NCBI GenBank assembly: GCA_002633005.1
Contig: NMRA01000597.1
Span: 1-52,956 of the forward strand
Source of the DNA: Phoronis australis
Taxonomy: Eukaryota; Animalia; Phoronida
Direction of reading: 5' to 3'
DNA length: 52,956 nt
The position numbers and the translations under genes were made by a program. Below, in pieces: positions 1 to 11,424 of the stretch (the stretch's first letter is position 1; each line of letters opens with the position of its first letter). The notes below the pieces were generated by a model. The model had not been told where the DNA came from. It searched no databases and saw only the letters and a list, made by a program, of their open reading frames with translations.

Positions 1-186
1 AAAGGTCCTAGTAAACGAGACAAAAGTCCACAAAATTCCACGGGAAGTAGGCGCGGATGCACAATTCGTGGGTCTGGAAACCCAGTGGCCCCATTATTTA
101 TTATTCCTCGTTGATTTCTTTCAGTAAAAGGTCCGCACTCCGAAATATTCGAGCCACCCCTATGCTTTAGGCTGGGTGCGGGCATG
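1..186. mobile_element. MITE family A, left-truncated by the window edge (TIR consensus CATGCGCGCACCC)
   Basis: Ends in GGCTGGGTGCGGGCATG and shares internal blocks (AAAAGGTCC, ATGCACAATTC) with copies at 18251, 20515, 24517 and 47937. Confidence 0.75.
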
Positions 187-321
187 TTTCATACACATAA
201 AGCAACTTTCCATATTATGTATTGTTTACCATCGTCGACAATGCCTGATACGCACTTGTGTGATCGCAGAACAACATCTCATTGCGACCTTGTTATCTTG
301 TCTGTTTGCCTTGGGTTTTAG

Positions 322-710
322 GGATGGTACATAATGATTTTCATTTTGGCAACGTTCTCCTACAACGACGCATCAAAGATGACGAACGAGTATTTAGAGC
401 ATACGTCATAGACCTAGGTCTATGTACGAAAGTTGGACAGAGGAGTATTATCGACCCAGCCGCAGATCTACCGAAGATAGCTCCCGAATTAAAGAGGTCG
501 GATGGGGTCCATAGCGCTAAATCAGACATTTTCGCCTTCGGCTATTATCTCATCCGACTGGCGGAAAACAACGACAGCATGGCGTCACTTAAAGGCCTTG
601 GAAAAGCGTGCTGGACAAATGATATAGAATCACGACCATCAAGTATGAGAGACGTGCTGAATGAGTTGAAACGGCTACACGAGGTCGCTGCAAAAGACCG
701 GAAACACTAG
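322..710 (+). CDS. Terminal exon of a protein kinase (subdomains VIb-XI), non-RD type
   Basis: Acceptor GGGTTTTAG ends at 321. Translation MVHNDFHFGNVLL...YVIDLG...IAPE...SDIFAFG...CW...RP gives the catalytic loop, a DLG (DFG-like) motif, APE, helix F and the subdomain XI Arg. TAG stop at 708-710; candidate AATAAA at 954-959. Confidence 0.85.
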
Positions 711-2039
711 CAGACCGAAAACGCTGGAAATTATAGTTAAAATGGGCGAATAGAACAAAAACATAGATTTGAAAGATCTCGAAAGTCAACTTAGCCATGT
801 GATAACAATTACGAAGTGAGGTACATCGCTGGACTACAAAGTCTGTTGTTTCAGTATCTTACAGGTCACCTATTATAGCGACTCTAACTTTATTGGCCAA
901 TGTAATAGAGCGCATAGGCAAAGTGTATCATTCGTAATTTTTTATTCATGGCGAATAAAATGGATAAACGACTTTTTGTAAATGATAGTCACGACGATGT
1001 GGGTGATAATGATGGATAACATCATTAAAGCAACGCGAACAGAAAGTACATTTTATTGCTAACAAAATCATGACATATACAAAGACTAAATTCAAGCAAT
1101 AAGACGAACAAAATCATGGGTGTCGCACCATAGGTGGCTGGGGGGGGGGGGGGGNAAGGGAGAAGGGGGCTATAGCCTCCACTTATTTCAGTGCTGTGCC
1201 GTCCATGAAAATGCATTCCTTAAAACCCATTCTATCAAATTCAAATTCGTTATACACAAAATAATTATAATACTACACCGTTTTTAAAGGTAAAATTCGC
1301 AGCTGCAAAGTACACAACTTGTTTGCAAGTACGTATAACTATTCAATTCTGCCAGTCAACTATTACCTAATGTAAAATAAATTGTAGTTGATTTATGTTC
1401 AGTTCTTGTGACAATGTCAGGAGTGTCGCTTTTAGATGAAAGGGAATACCAGGGATATTGACAGATCAACCACAACTACTTGTACAATACAAAACCAAAG
1501 GTGTATCAAAAATATCGCAAAGTATTAAATTTGATCGCTTGTGTTAAAAGATCTGCATAGAGAAGACTTCGTTGCTCGAGTTACATAAACCGGAAACAGT
1601 ACAGAAGGTGTTGCCTCTCGTTTCCTGTGTTTTTAGACAGACACTTAGGAGACAGTCTATGACATTTTATGATCTTAAGATGATCTCTGAACGAAGCAAA
1701 TAAAATGCATGAGTAAATGTAAAGCTGTCGTGTGATTACGAAGCCAATCAAGTTTACAATGCTTGTGATGTTCGCGTTTTTAGCGCAAATTAAATTGTTC
1801 CCGTCACCCGCAAAAAATCCAAGTCTCTTGTACAACAGTAGGCTTACATATAACCCCTGTCAAAATAGGTAGTATTTTCAGTGAAAGGAGGCAATAGCGG
1901 ATTTGCAGCGCAAACGAACTACGCATTGCGCATGTGCGAGTTACTTCCTGCGCGAAGGCTCATGGGATAGCTTGTGGTCAGGCATGTCTTGAGCAAGCTG
2001 GATAGTGTGTGCATTTGGAGTGATTTGCAAACTAAAAAC

Positions 2040-3286
2040 CATGTTTCATTTTTTTGCTTTATAATACCAAGCAAGTCCTCTCTCTCGTTTGTAAACACAG
2101 CGTAGCTGTGATCAGTGACCGTGTGACCGAGGGCACGACTGTCGTCATGTTCAGTATTGGGGCTATCGGCGTTGATTTTGAAATCTCCTCCGGTTTCAGA
2201 CAAGTTGAGAGTTCTTGGGTTGCTTAACTTTTGTAGCTTTCGCCGTGGATATGCTAGAGACGTCAATTTTAAGAGGAAACTCCGTCGGAATGTTGTTCTC
2301 ATGCGTCTTTTTTCCACCAGGAAAATGTTCGCTTCACACACGATGGCCCCTAGGCAATTACATCGCACTGGATGCCGCAGGCATTCAGGGGCGATAGTAC
2401 ACCTTCACAAAAAGTTACTCATTTCAAAATACAACAAATAAAATCAAATGAAACACACATATAGGAACACGGAGTTATAATTAACACATACCACGACTCT
2501 GGATACAATTTAGTCAGCAAAACTTGAACAAATCGATGAAAATCTGTCGCGGTTTGCTCGAGTTTCTCTCAGTTACCGGGTGCCATTTTGAGGAAGTTAC
2601 GTGAAATTACGCATGTTGACGAATAAAAAGTCCAAGGGACACACATCTTACAAGTTTCACCCGATACCTTCTCGTGCTATTTTACAAGTGTCACACGCTA
2701 GCGTCACGCGCTTCGCTCTGTCTCGCGCTAACCTTTGCCTAACTCACGTAATTCAGTTGACATGCTTTGTGGTTATCGCGCACGCGGTGATAAAATTAAC
2801 GGCAACCAAAAAAGTGGAGTTGTAATTCTTCGCCAAAGTCAACTTAATTCTCACAACTAAGCTTCATCAAAGATATGTATAGAAGTAGAAAGGACCAATG
2901 ATGAAAGTAAGCGTTTTTTTAAATGATAGTTTTTAAGTGTAGAATGTATTGTGACGAGGTGAAAACTCGAAATCGGTAACCCAAATCCGGTCACGGCCCG
3001 TTTAAAATACACTGAAGTAACGAAATGAGTACAGAAAGCGAATGGAAGTATTGTAGCCCCTATATGGCCAACCGAAGGGCTACGTGTTGCCTACTAGATG
3101 GCTCCGCGTTGGTTTGAATGCGCTAAATCTCCCCTTACTCCCAGCTCTCCTAATGTTGTTTATCCATTTTTCACGAAGTTCTTGGTTTGCAGGGAACACA
3201 CAAAAACTCAGACTTTTATCTCTCTTGTTTTTGAAGCAGCCAGGGACACAACAAGTGTATCCGCCGTAAGTTTTCTTCGCGCTCAT
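2040..3286 (-). pseudogene. THAP-domain gene remnant (THAP + DHSY motif + short coiled coil), split by a transposon insertion
   Basis: 3286-3097 gives MSAKKTYGGYTCCVPGC...FP...W...IRR...KPTRSH. After removing the insertion and one TSD copy the frame continues RV*SEHFPGGKKTHENNIPTEF, with TGA replacing the third Cys. A further frameshift leads to DHSY (2102-2113) and EREDLLGIIKQKNE. Confidence 0.85.
2351..3096. mobile_element. Non-autonomous DNA transposon, termini TAGGCAA...TTGCCTA(CTA), 9-bp TSD (AcademH- or Mutator-like by inference)
   Basis: Flanked by GATGGCCCC (2342-2350) and GATGGCTCC (3097-3105). Subterminal hairpins at both ends. Removal restores the THAP frame. Ends recur at 29134-29201 and 37565-37620. 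Confidence 0.8.
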
Positions 3287-3909
3287 ACCCCGTATTATGC
3301 TTGTTTTGCAACATATTTATCCCACTCGTTGCAGAAAAACGTGTCTCATCTTTTCCGTTATTTAGATAGATGGCATCTACGCTTACGAAGTGAAAACGGA
3401 CCATTGGTGCAGACCAGATCCAACAGGTTGCTTTTAAGGGACGTTTAATTTCATACGCCGAGACAGCAACACACACCCGGGCCAGGATTCTAATATTTTT
3501 ACTCGAAATGAAACTCGAAATTATGTTTGGATTTTTCTGCTCTACTTTTGTGCGATCTCCAGATAAGTGTTTATCATTTTACTTGCCGTTAGCTAGCAGC
3601 TAGTGGGAAACGCCGAGGGAAATAGCTACACCTAAGAGTGAACCGATCGAGTGTTCATCGCAAGAGACAGGAATACTTCTTGAAGAGACCGTGTTCAAAA
3701 GCTTCAAGCAGAATTTCTGTCACCTGTCAGATTTTAGTAGGCAATTAAGGTGTGCGGCTGTGGGATTCTTCACCTAGGCAGTACAAATTTCTTTCCAGAA
3801 CATTTGACCCTGCCGTAACACAAAGTACGGTAATCAGATATTCTTCAGTTTAAAGTGAAAACTAAGAATGCATTTAAAATATTGTATAGTACACAAAGTA
3901 TATAGATGT

Positions 3910-4068
3910 CAGTGGCGGATTTAGAGGGGGCCAAGGGGTCCATGGCCCCCCATAAAATTCTCTCAGCTTCCATTTGGCAGTTCGGGGGTGCGAATGTCTG
4001 AAGGGCAAAATTCTGGCTATACTTTATTTGCCGTGCCTCCCCAACTCAAAATCCTGAATCCGCCTCTG
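3910..4068. mobile_element. MITE family B (TIR CAGTGGCGGATT / AATCCGCCTCTG)
   Basis: Terminal inverted repeats; colinear second copy at 8457-8619. Confidence 0.8.
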
Positions 4069-4941
4069 GATTTCCAAAAGTTGCATTATAAATGTACATA
4101 ATGAGGTAGAAAGCCAGCTAGCTGTATTAAGACTGTCGTCAACACTACAGCTAGGTAGCCGTGTGTAGAGCTCCTTTAGACACCGAAATTTCACACAACC
4201 CGGATGCTCAGCTCGTCACCTCTTAGTGAAACTTAGAGCTAACAACCTGCAGGGGTACATGCCGAATCTGGGAATGAATCGACATTCACAGTGCCCGTTA
4301 CAGCCGTTCATAGAAGTAAACAGATTCTAATAAATGTTATTTTTTGTAATTCTCCGCCTTTTGTAACAAAGGAAAATCCTATCTTCCTCAGTTTTGAAAA
4401 CAGTGCAATCTCGTGACACGCGCACATACGCGCCATTTCCCAAAACCTTGCAATATCTCTCGAGAGTATTTTTTGAAATTGTTTTTTTTGGTATTAAAAT
4501 AGTAAAAACTTGTAACGAAATGAAACCACTTCCGATTGGTACATGTGTATGACATGTACGCAACCTCCACAGTTGATTGAAGAACATGGAAATTGGCTCG
4601 ATAGGTAACGCAATGGCGCCCAAAGAGCACATTGCAATTTTAGCTGCAGAATAACTGAAGAACGTCAATTTTCCAACACCCGGGTAAATAATTTAGTTTA
4701 CTCAAGGAAGAGTAAAAATTTTTTTAATGAGGCATCATTAATTTTTGGCAGCGACAGCCCCTTTGAATTACATACGCGACAGAAGCCGGAGGGAGTGAAA
4801 TTAAGCCGACGGAGTGACGTCACCCAGGACTTTGAGCCGACCGACTGACATCACCAAGGCCAGTACGAAACTGGCCACCCTCCCTCCGCGTCCGCGAAAA
4901 AACGGCCCGCGAGAAAAAATAGAACACCTCGAATCCAAATA

Positions 4942-5189
4942 GGGGGCCGGTGATAAACCCAACATTAAGGATAAAAGTTGGAGTGTGAACTCGAAATTTC
5001 CGAGTGTTTACTCGGGTTTGTAACATGAAAATAAGGATCATCAAGTGAACTCATATGCGTAAACTATAATGTATTCGAGCATTGTCTAAGAACCCCTTAC
5101 TTATCTTGAGTTCGCACAAAAGTAGCAGAGAAACCGCCAAAAATAATTTCGATTTTGTTTCGAGTACAAAGTTAGGATTTCGGGGTCTG
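4942..5189. repeat. Dispersed repeat / MITE family C (CTCGAG/CTCGAAA-rich, GGGCC-type ends)
   Basis: AAACCCAACATTAAGG...AACTCGAAATTT is the reverse complement of ~16850-16915. The right part matches 17020-17065 and, inverted, ~3476-3525. Confidence 0.6.
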
Positions 5190-5584
5190 GACGATGGCGA
5201 AATGGCCTTTGAAAACTTTGAAATACTATTCCACTTTGGTGGTGCTGCAAAAATTTTTTTGAATTAGTGATTAGGACAATGCCTCGTTTTAACATGAATT
5301 TTAACTACGTGAACGTGAAAGCGCACGTGTTCCAAACATGCAGAACCACTGTGGTGTGGACCCAACACCTCGTTTTTTAAGCACAATGGCGGATTCATGC
5401 AAGAAGTTAATATTCACGTCAGTGAACAACAATAAAAAGATATGCTTACAAAATTCGAAAATTCTACTTCAAGTTAGACTGCGCCACAGATTCTACTAGC
5501 ATCAGAGACGGCGATGCCCCCATAGACTCTTCATGTGCAGGAAGCTTTTCGGCAGATTAAGTTTTGCTATTACTACCTTTTGCG

Positions 5585-5784
5585 TATAGAGCTTTGGTCG
5601 ATGTCTTTAATTTCTTCCAACTGGAACAATTACTCCTCTGGCAGTCCTTAATCCAGTTGCCCAAATCGTCAACTGGCCATTTTCACACTGCCTGCCAGGA
5701 GAATATGACGTCACATACGGGAGTATTTGTTCTAGTTGGAAGGAACTAAAGGACATCGACGGCCTCCTAAGGTGTTCCTCCATA
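5585..5784. mobile_element. Foldback MITE-like element with ~40-bp imperfect inverted arms
   Basis: GTCGATGTCTTTAATTTCTTCCAACTGGAACAATTACTCC (from 5597) pairs with GGAGTATTTGTTCTAGTTGGAAGGAACTAAAGGACATCGAC (to 5760). Related partial copy at ~46430-46615. Confidence 0.7.
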
Positions 5785-6359
5785 CACAAAATGTACTTAT
5801 AGCAAATTGACTTTCATGCTTTAATCAAATGTCTCGGTCGACATGTCTCGTGGAATATTACTTCATCTGTGCCACTCTAGGTACGTTTTGTGTATTTATT
5901 TGGTATGTTACTTGGCAGGATAACCATATTTTTTCGGTGGCCATTGAAGAAGCGTTCTTGGCAGCCATTTTGGAAGTCATTTTGCAAACATTAACATTTT
6001 TATGTAAGCAATGCTTTTCATGACCACCTTTTTCCTAAAAAACCTACGATTTGACACAAAATACCATGTGGTTCATTAACTTAACAATAAGACTACTTGC
6101 GGCCATATTGGCAGCCACTTTGGATATTCAAATTCGCAGAAAAATGAAAATGTTTGTCACACAAAACAAATGCTGGAACGTTGGGTACAACTATACAAAC
6201 TTAAAGAAATAACAATCACGAAATCAAACTATCCCCAGCAGGGACAGTCTTTGCTATAACATGTGATGTCGTATGTAGACACAATCAACCTTGATGCACT
6301 TTTATACACGTACTGATTTGTTTTTTGGTCTGATGTTAGGTACATAAGATTGTCTTTAT

Positions 6360-6585
6360 TCATGCCGATGATAAGTTGGAAAATTGGTCGCACAATGTCT
6401 GCTCATCCATGCTACCATCTTCAACGAGACTAATTTGTCCTTTCACATTCTCCAAGACATCGAAGGCAACACGACTATTGGCCTTGTCCACGGCCTGTAT
6501 GAAGTCCAAGAGGTTTTTTTCCGGGTTTCGATCAAGCCAAGCAGCGCAGATTTCTTGAGTGAACCTTGGAGTATTCTGTGAACAT
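6360..6585 (-). CDS. Terminal exon encoding the C-terminal half of a death domain (helices 4-6) plus a short tail; not in the ORF track
   Basis: Acceptor TTTACCTTCCTTGTAG, phase 2. Open frame CSQNTPRFTQEICAAWLDRNPEKNLLDFIQAVDKANSRVAFDVLENVKGQ...SSA* fits the death-domain pattern with the helix-4 Trp. AATAAA overlaps the stop codon. Confidence 0.6.
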
Positions 6586-8456
6586 CTACAAGGAAGGTAA
6601 ATGGAAAAGTGTCCCGTAACAGTGATATTAGTAATCTATAAAGTACCAACGCTATTACCTCAACGCTAGTGGCCCCGATTTTAACGACCAAGGCAGTTAA
6701 AGATATTATGTTAACGGCTAACCACACGGAGAATTTGTCGTCACATTTACTTCGTAAGCCAGCATTTGCAGATTACCACTTAGATCTGGTCAGATTATCT
6801 CCGCGTGTAATCACATGTGGTTTTAGGCGAAAAAAGCATGGCATTATTTAGTAATATAGGGCATCAAAAGCAATGTTAAGCTTCCCTTTCACATAAGTTG
6901 TAACTTTGCTGAACTACTTTTGAGTGGATTCACGAAATGTCGGCGATTTCCACAGCATGTTTCTTGTGGGACGAGACGATCTCGTCACTTGGAGTCCAAA
7001 TTACGTAAGGTAATACGAACTGCCTAGGCATTCTTGATTGGTTAGCTATTCGTGCTTGGGTATCGATTTGATTAGTAGAAAGCGCATGTGCACGAGCAGT
7101 ATAGCTAACATTGAAACTACGGCAACATGAAGCACCTTAGGGCAATTAAAAAACCATGTTCGACCTGTCACAGAGTCGTCAATAAAGTGGATTTACGGAT
7201 CTGTACACCCCACGGCAAGAACATATTAAGACAAAACTTTTGCGTAATTTGCTTACCAAATTTCCATAACAGCATTGATAATCAATCACCGTTGCAGTTT
7301 CTAAGGCAATCTAAGGACATTATTAAATCACTTCGTTTTACACATGAAGGATTTTATCACTAATACGATAAGTACCTCCACAGGGTGAAACAAGAAATAC
7401 TTGAAAGTCAATCACGGCCTTCGGAAGAGCAAATGAGAAAAGCCATGATTTCTTTGACTTGAATTCAAAATATTGGCATGCAGTTGCGTACCTACAGGGT
7501 GAGGTGTGGGTTTTCAGGAGGTTGAAACCCTTTTGAAGCAAATACGCTTTAATCTGGATTATCATATCTCAACAAAGTTCTCAAGAAAGAGTCACTTTTT
7601 AGACCTGAAAACGTTAAACGATAAGAGCATTGTGATTTTGATTGTTTGTGGGACATTTTTATGAAATTCACTTTATTAGAGAGCCAAAAAATTTACCACC
7701 AAAATCACGTTTTTAGGAGGAACAAAAGTAACGCGGGTAGCAAAATCTGGAGAAACATGGGAAGAAATAGTATCACTGATCTCGGAAACCTCGACTATAG
7801 TTTCACATCTTTTGAAGAGTGAAAATAACGTCTAAGGTCAATGTACCAAAGAGTTGTCTGAAGAAAGGATTTAGGTTTTTTCCGGAAAACTAGGTTCGAA
7901 ACATGAAAAGTAAACATGACCAAAATGCGGCGATCGTAGTGTTACGGATTAGGTATCATGCTGAATGCAGGGTTACGTTTCTTTTAATAAATTCTTGATA
8001 AAAATACTTTTTACACGAACCAAGTCATCGGGTCGTATTGTTGACGAGTTGAAGATATATTCGACAGTGGTGGCTCATAGCATTTTGCTGACATGTGCAA
8101 TTAGTCTCATCTGGTTTAATTTGTTGATCAAGAGGATTAGCTTCAAGCATAGCCTAGGTCCTGGTGAGGTAGGCACTACCGGGACTGACAGTTGATTTGT
8201 CATTGATCTGAAATAATACTCGATGCTATTAAGTGAATATTTTGATTACGATAAAAAACTAGGCTCGCACTTGAAAATAAAAATTATATGACCATCAATT
8301 CTGCTTTCTTGGTTTTAATAATTACGTCTATTTCATGTGTTATATTTTTCAAATATCAATCTCGACCAAGTTGAATTTTAAAATTAAAACACCTAATTCT
8401 TTCGTCCAAAGCATAACCTCGTTTTAGAGCTCAATTTCAATTAACTGGACAGAACA

Positions 8457-8619
8457 CAGTGGCGGATTTAGAGGGGAGCCAAGGGTCTATGCCCCACTAG
8501 GAGCCCCCCTAAAATTCTCCCAGATTCCATTTGGCATTCAGGAGCGCGAATTTCTGACGGGCAAAATCCTGGCCAATACTCGGCGTTGCCCCCCCAACTC
8601 AAAGTCCTGGATCCCCCTG
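8457..8619. mobile_element. MITE family B, second copy
   Basis: CAGTGGCGGATTTAGAGGGG...GGATCCCCCTG; colinear with 3910-4068. Confidence 0.75.
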
Positions 8620-9399
8620 GAACCAGCATAGTTATCATGTTTCTTCAGAGACCTCGTTCATATCCGAAGGGAAAGGTGCCCGCTCATGTGTGTGCGGCCC
8701 GTTTCTGATCGAGAGGGGAACTTTTCGCAGAGTGACGGGTCAGTGAGAACTCTACTGACCTCCCGATCACCATCAATAGCACCCCGCCCTTTTGCAAGCC
8801 CTCATAGCTCTGCCTCAAGTAGCATTTTCCGACAGTGGCTGATCTAGGATACCAAATAGGCCTAGTGAAGGGGGCCCGACATCCTCGGAGAAGCGGGCAA
8901 AGCGCGATTGTATGCACGCAGGCGGCCCGGAAGTTGCGGGCGCCGAGGATGTATACCTTCTGCTCAGGAAATCTGTCGTTGGACTAAACAAAAATAAAAC
9001 GGAACGTGCTTTGCCCCCTCGTCCGCTACCGGTCCTAGCTCGAACTCAATACAGTTTCCTTTCGCNCCTGCCCCCCTCCCCCTAAATCCGCCTATGATTT
9101 TGTACTTTTTCAAATTGTCACCTCTGTGGTCACAGTTGATTTGAACCGTTGGATAGAAATTTTCAGTCACAAAGGGGATTTTTAGGCCTCGTGGCCGGGA
9201 ATTTCGCGTCATTGATTTTTCAATATTTTTGAGAGGGGAATAGGGCCGATATTTGGCCCCAAAATTGAGGGATTGAAGGCCCTGTCCTTTTTGTAAAGAA
9301 AAATGCATCGCGCTTCAACACATAGTCATGAAAACACAGCCTGGCTGGCCGAGAAATCTCCGGTCCTCGTTCCTATGGCGGCATCCAGTCCGAAATGCG

Positions 9400-9570
9400 A
9401 CAAATTCCGATTCGAAAATAGTTACAAATTTTACACGGACATATTTTCCTTCGTTGCGGCGTATGGCAAGGACCCAACGCTTCGGAATCCCAACGTCCTT
9501 AGGGATTGTAAAACACAAAGTGTCCGTATTTTTTCTAGCTGTTCGAGCAACGCGGAATACAACTAGGCGG
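9400..9570 (-). pseudogene. THAP N-terminal remnant, probably transposon-derived
   Basis: SCIPRCSNS*KK, then a frameshift to CFTIPKDVGIPKRWVLAIRRNEGKYVRV, matching the THAP C-x-C ... FP(K)D ... W..AIRR pattern. Confidence 0.65.
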
Positions 9571-11424
9571 ATAAGCCACCAGAGCTATTGTAGCGAGCCT
9601 CGTTTTGGAACGCGCCTCCTGTAGGCGTGAATAGGGTCTATGATTGACCTTCCGGGTGCCAAAAATATAAAACTGACAGAATTACATCAACCTACGCCTA
9701 AATGAAAAAATAACTGCTTAGAGGATTATTTCAGATTGGCAAAAAATCTTCTACTGCACTTTGCTGTTTGGGAAGTCAGATGAGATTTTCTCGAAAGTTC
9801 AATCTGCATAACAGAAGCACCATCAATATCTTCCAAGACATACTTCTAACAGTCTTAAAAACCTATATGTTGATCTTCGTTGATACATAAACGTGTAAAT
9901 TGGAAACTAAAGAACATTTACACCCACACGCACACACATCGGGCCTTCTAACTGGAGGCTTTGAAATCCGTAATTCATTGTGGGGAAGTTTTAGACTATT
10001 CAGACAGATACTTATAGGAGACGGGGCATTCCACCGGGGAGGGTAAGGGCGGTAAAGGGCACTCCCTCTCGAAGTGTTCAGAATTTATTCATGTTAGCAT
10101 GAATTCTTGTTCATTCCAACGGTTATTGAGTAACTTTTGCACTCCAAAAATGTCAGAAATCTTTTTTCACGGTTGCCAGTACACATATTTTGAGCACCTT
10201 AATCCGTTTTTTATGTACACCGTACACATACCAACCATCAGTGTTTACTGTTTTTTTCAATTCTCATACTTTTGGTTGTTTAGGCCGCATGCCTTCATAT
10301 AGCTGTGTTTCACATGACCATTTTCTGCGTTTTTCGACCAGTTTGAAATTGAAAAATCTCCATTGTGATTTACTATTGTAAATGATAAGTCATCCAGTAG
10401 TGAAGAATGTGGAGAAAATTACGAATCTATACTGGAATTACTTGAGAGTATATGGAAGCGTTTCTTCAGCCACTGCTGACTTCATAAAGCATTTACGACA
10501 TCTGTTGGCGATTGCCTCTTCCAAATGGTGCGATCGGGACATGGCTTTGGTTAATTACTACAGCTGATAATTTATTAATTTTCCTACTTCATATTCTTTT
10601 ATAATGCACTCAATTTCTTCATATTCCTAAGACATCACTTGGAGCCCAACTTCGCATGCGCAGGAAACCCAAACAAAACGCATTAGTACCGGGGCGATGT
10701 TTTCGGTACTGGGTACACCACTCGTCTAATACCCTAAGTATCGAGTATATTTTGCACATAAAACTATAACAAATTTCTCCTGAAATAGAAATTTTGCGTA
10801 TTTTCGAAGTAGTGAACCCTCGGAGTAGTAAACTTTCAGAGTTGTGAGCTGTTTCCTGTAATTCTGCCCTAAACACGTTTTTGAGTCAGAAAACCCAACT
10901 TACTGTTCACCAATGTGCGACACCTTTGCATTAGAAATATGAAGGTGCTTGGCCAGAGATTCGGAATCTTCACGTTTCATGTAATTCCCAACACACAAGA
11001 AAACGATATTCCACTCCCAGCCCTCCGGATTTCTGCGAAGATTGTACTTTGATAATACATTCTGAAATGCAACGAAATCAAGACATTATTACATAGCACT
11101 ACTTTTGTAAAATTCTCGAACGGATTCGATGATATTACACATAGTAAGAGCTCTTTATAGAAGGAGTTTACTTAGTTTTCAGACAGAAAGTGTCCGGCGT
11201 CGTTCTCGGCGTTTGATTTATTTTTATGATGGCAAATTTACGTAGAAAAATATTGGCCCCACGTGGTCATTCATTTTACCCATGCGATGCAATATCTTGT
11301 AACCTGAAAGTATCTCAGATACCTAGCCAAGACAATACCTCGAGCCAAATTACCCCCGAAACAATACCTAAGAGAGTTCGTGAAAGAACCCCAGCGTAAC
11401 TACGTGTTGTGTATAGCAGAAATG

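Noticed and set aside
171-215. Apparent kinase helix-E exon LGAGMFHTHKA after TTTAG
   Set aside because: It overlaps the TIR of MITE family A and has no donor in a compatible phase.
2350-2396. Helitron 3' end (hairpin + CTAG) for the insertion in the THAP gene
   Set aside because: The insertion has inverted termini and a 9-bp target duplication, which Helitrons do not make.
8638-8990. 7SK snRNA or hammerhead ribozyme
   Set aside because: GGATGT and ACATCC are not in the 7SK terminal arrangement, and there is no intact CUGANGA/GAAA core.
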